Of a stretch of 64,000 nucleotides of DNA, positions 61,869-64,000 are shown piece by piece. Location of the stretch: the NCBI GenBank assembly GCA_039889305.1, contig JAVVFV010000003.1, forward strand, positions 511 to 64,510. The letters run 5' to 3'. A program made the translations under genes and the position numbers. The notes beneath the pieces are model-generated. The model saw only the letters and a program-made list of their open reading frames with translations, did no database searches and was not told the origin of the DNA. The DNA is from Candidatus Zestomicrobium tamdykulense. GTDB lineage: Archaea > Thermoproteota > Thermoprotei_A > Sulfolobales > NBVN01. Numbering within the stretch: position 1 is the stretch's first letter; every line of letters starts with the position of its first letter.

Positions 61869-62921
61869 CTAGTAGTGTAGTATGTTCAGTAACTTCCTAG
61901 GATTGGTTGGGTAAGCTTCAACCACCTTAATTTGCTGGTCTGCAGGGATTACATTCTTTAATTTCTTGAATAATCTTATGCTTGAATATATTACTTCACC
62001 TTTCTTTAAGGCGAGACCAGATAACACTAAATAATTGATTAGCTGGTCGTCCTTATAGGGTGCTTCAACCCATTTCACCACGCCTTCTCTGCTTAAGGTC
62101 TCGTAAGGTAGTCTTGTTTTCTTAAATCTTTTTATGAGTCTCCTTCTATACTGGTATTTATCCTTGAATCTTGCTGGGCAGTAATGAATGTTTATGGTGA
62201 GACCCTTTTCTAACACCCAGTTCATTGCTTGCAGTGCTGCTTCTCTCGAACCACGAACTGTGAGTCCGTCGGGATTTACTTTAAACCCTTTACTTAAGAT
62301 CCCAGCATAATTAGATTCACTAACTTCCATCTCGTTTAGGTTTATGAAATGAACACCAAGCTTGTATCCTTCTTCAATAAGATCTCTTAGCTTATTGAAG
62401 TCTGGTATTGCCGGGTTCTCTATACCTACGTCAAAATCGTAATCTAGCGCGTGCTTTAAAGCAATCCATGAGTGAGGTCCCGTGACATGTATTCTTAATT
62501 CATCAAGTCCTGCATTACTCAACCTATCTAAGTATTCTGTCTTAAGATTTCTCCCAGTAGTATACATGTGTATGTGGAAACTTCCTCCTAAGACCTCCTT
62601 CAGAGTTCTTAGAACCTTAATCACGTTATCTATAGTGAGGAGAGGGTCACCCCCAGTTATGCCGACACCCCTAGACCCGGAAGCCAATACTTCTAAAATA
62701 ATATCGTTCTCCCTACTCACGAGAACTTCGTTAATATATGCGTCAGTCATTCCTCTCCTGTAGCTTGATATAGGGCAATAGAAACACTTCTCGTTACATA
62801 CTCCAGTCACGAAAAATACACTTTTTAGGCCTTTGATACATAGATCACATCCTCTTGGTAGTCTGCCTATCCAGCAACCTAAGTCGTTACATTTACTTAT
62901 TTCCAACACGTAACTCATCAA
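61869..62921 (-). CDS. Uncharacterised radical SAM protein (COG2108-like)
   Basis: LP.GC.LC.KG.KSVFFVTG.C...CFYCP, TGGDP, GLDE.R.H, NLNEME and HYCP. Confidence 0.85.
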   Translation of the reverse strand: MMSYVLEISKCNDLGCWIGRLPRGCDLCIKGLKSVFFVTGVCNEKCFYCPISSYRRGMTDAYINEVLVSRENDIILEVLASGSRGVGITGGDPLLTIDNVIKVLRTLKEVLGGSFHIHMYTTGRNLKTEYLDRLSNAGLDELRIHVTGPHSWIALKHALDYDFDVGIENPAIPDFNKLRDLIEEGYKLGVHFINLNEMEVSESNYAGILSKGFKVNPDGLTVRGSREAALQAMNWVLEKGLTINIHYCPARFKDKYQYRRRLIKRFKKTRLPYETLSREGVVKWVEAPYKDDQLINYLVLSGLALKKGEVIYSSIRLFKKLKNVIPADQQIKVVEAYPTNPRKLLNILHY

Positions 62922-62945
62922 CTAGACCCTATAGCTATGTTTCCC

Positions 62946-64000
62946 CTAAATAACTAGGAAGATACCTTCAGCTAGCTTCGTGGCGTTAGCTATGTCAGCG
63001 GGAGAACCTATAACGACGGACTTAATTTTATGGAGGTCCTTAATATCGTGTGCTATTGCTTTATATTCTTCTGAAAGATACAGCGTACCCTCTAGTGATT
63101 CAGCAAACGATATATTCTTTTCTTTCTTATATTTCCATATAGCTGAATTAGCTGTTATTAAGTACTCTATCAACTTCTCATCACCGCCTAAGTCTCTCAA
63201 GTCATCCTCAGTTATTGTGACATTCCTTAACCCATCACCAGAATACATACACCTCCACACATAGTCTGTAACGAAAGGCATTACTGGATGTAGAGTCTTC
63301 AGTATAAGCTTAAATACTCTATGTAGAACATACCTAGCACCGTTCACGTACTTAATATCGTAATCACCTAAACCGTAAGCTCTCAACTTAACACTCTCAA
63401 GATAGTTTGATGCAAAAACATCCCACGCTAGTGCATATAACTCGCTTATCGGTCTGAAAACATCGAATTCCTCATAATACTTGAGTACTCTCTTAATTAC
63501 TGAAACAGCGTACTTAAGCATAGCTCTATCTAGATCCTTTAAAACAGAATCTCTTAAGGGAGGTTCCTTAAAGGATGAGATAAATCTCCCTATATTGACT
63601 AACTTAGTCACGAAAGCTAGTCCACTCCTAACTGTGTCTTCCGACCACCTATAATCACTACCGAGCATGCCGGAGATCGCTGCCCAATACCTGAACGCAT
63701 CAGCGCCATACTTCTCAATATACGGTAATGGTGGAACAATATTACCGAGAGACTTATGCATTGCCCTACCCTTAGGATCTAGACCCATGCCAGAAATCCT
63801 AACCCACTTGAAAGGTGGTTTACCAGTAAGTAACCAAACACGTAGTGTGGAGTAGTAGAGCCAAGTTCTTATTATGTCGTACCCCTGAGGTCTAAGCGAG
63901 TGATCTAACGCCTTGAGAGCTGCTTCCTTATTATCAAGCCATCTAGTCACATACAAAACACTGACCGAAGAATCGAACCACGTATCGAAAGTTCTAGTTT
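62946..64000 (-). CDS. valS: Valyl-tRNA synthetase, C-terminal part; runs off the window end
   Basis: The frame continues past the track start (TFDTWFDSS at the window edge). Contains RPQGYDIIRTW, KMSKS-equivalent AMHKSLGN, GADAFR and the anticodon-binding helical domain. Confidence 0.9.
   Translation of the reverse strand, partial: TRTFDTWFDSSVSVLYVTRWLDNKEAALKALDHSLRPQGYDIIRTWLYYSTLRVWLLTGKPPFKWVRISGMGLDPKGRAMHKSLGNIVPPLPYIEKYGADAFRYWAAISGMLGSDYRWSEDTVRSGLAFVTKLVNIGRFISSFKEPPLRDSVLKDLDRAMLKYAVSVIKRVLKYYEEFDVFRPISELYALAWDVFASNYLESVKLRAYGLGDYDIKYVNGARYVLHRVFKLILKTLHPVMPFVTDYVWRCMYSGDGLRNVTITEDDLRDLGGDEKLIEYLITANSAIWKYKKEKNISFAESLEGTLYLSEEYKAIAHDIKDLHKIKSVVIGSPADIANATKLAEGIFLVI

Overview
A 64-kb, gene-dense chromosomal segment of roughly 40% GC (by eye) from a hyperthermophilic archaeon, probably Thermoproteota / Desulfurococcales-like. 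This is inferred from GGTGA/GAGG ribosome-binding motifs, frequent TTG/GTG starts, aPelota, Taw1, the short archaeal PurA, ADP-forming acetyl-CoA synthetase and a C/D-box sRNA. No CRISPR array, tRNA, rRNA or intact mobile element was seen. Housekeeping genes: pyrE, pyrF, pyrB, purA, guaA, a purine PRT, thiI, taw1, pelota, valS, surE and a YbaK deacylase. Peptide and amino-acid catabolism is prominent, with two TldD/PmbA pairs, aminotransferases, an AGCS symporter, a PLP racemase-like enzyme, an amidinotransferase with an NhaC-family transporter, an OCD/AlaDH enzyme, ACD alpha and a Na+-decarboxylase beta subunit. The best leads are: (1) a purA-COG2509 flavoprotein-guaA-PRT cluster with no guaB, suggesting a non-orthologous IMP/XMP redox enzyme; (2) an uncharacterised OPT + DUF1177 + two Cys-racemase-fold + DUF917 + M29 aminopeptidase module, possibly for damaged or D-peptide salvage; (3) an unannotated C/D-box sRNA whose guides resemble tRNA T-arms, with a predicted C56 target; (4) a GlmS whose glutaminase site is destroyed (Cys1 to Gly); (5) two apparent ATA start codons; (6) four accessory genes broken by frameshifts or stops. 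Family assignments come from motif recognition and memory, not from database searches.
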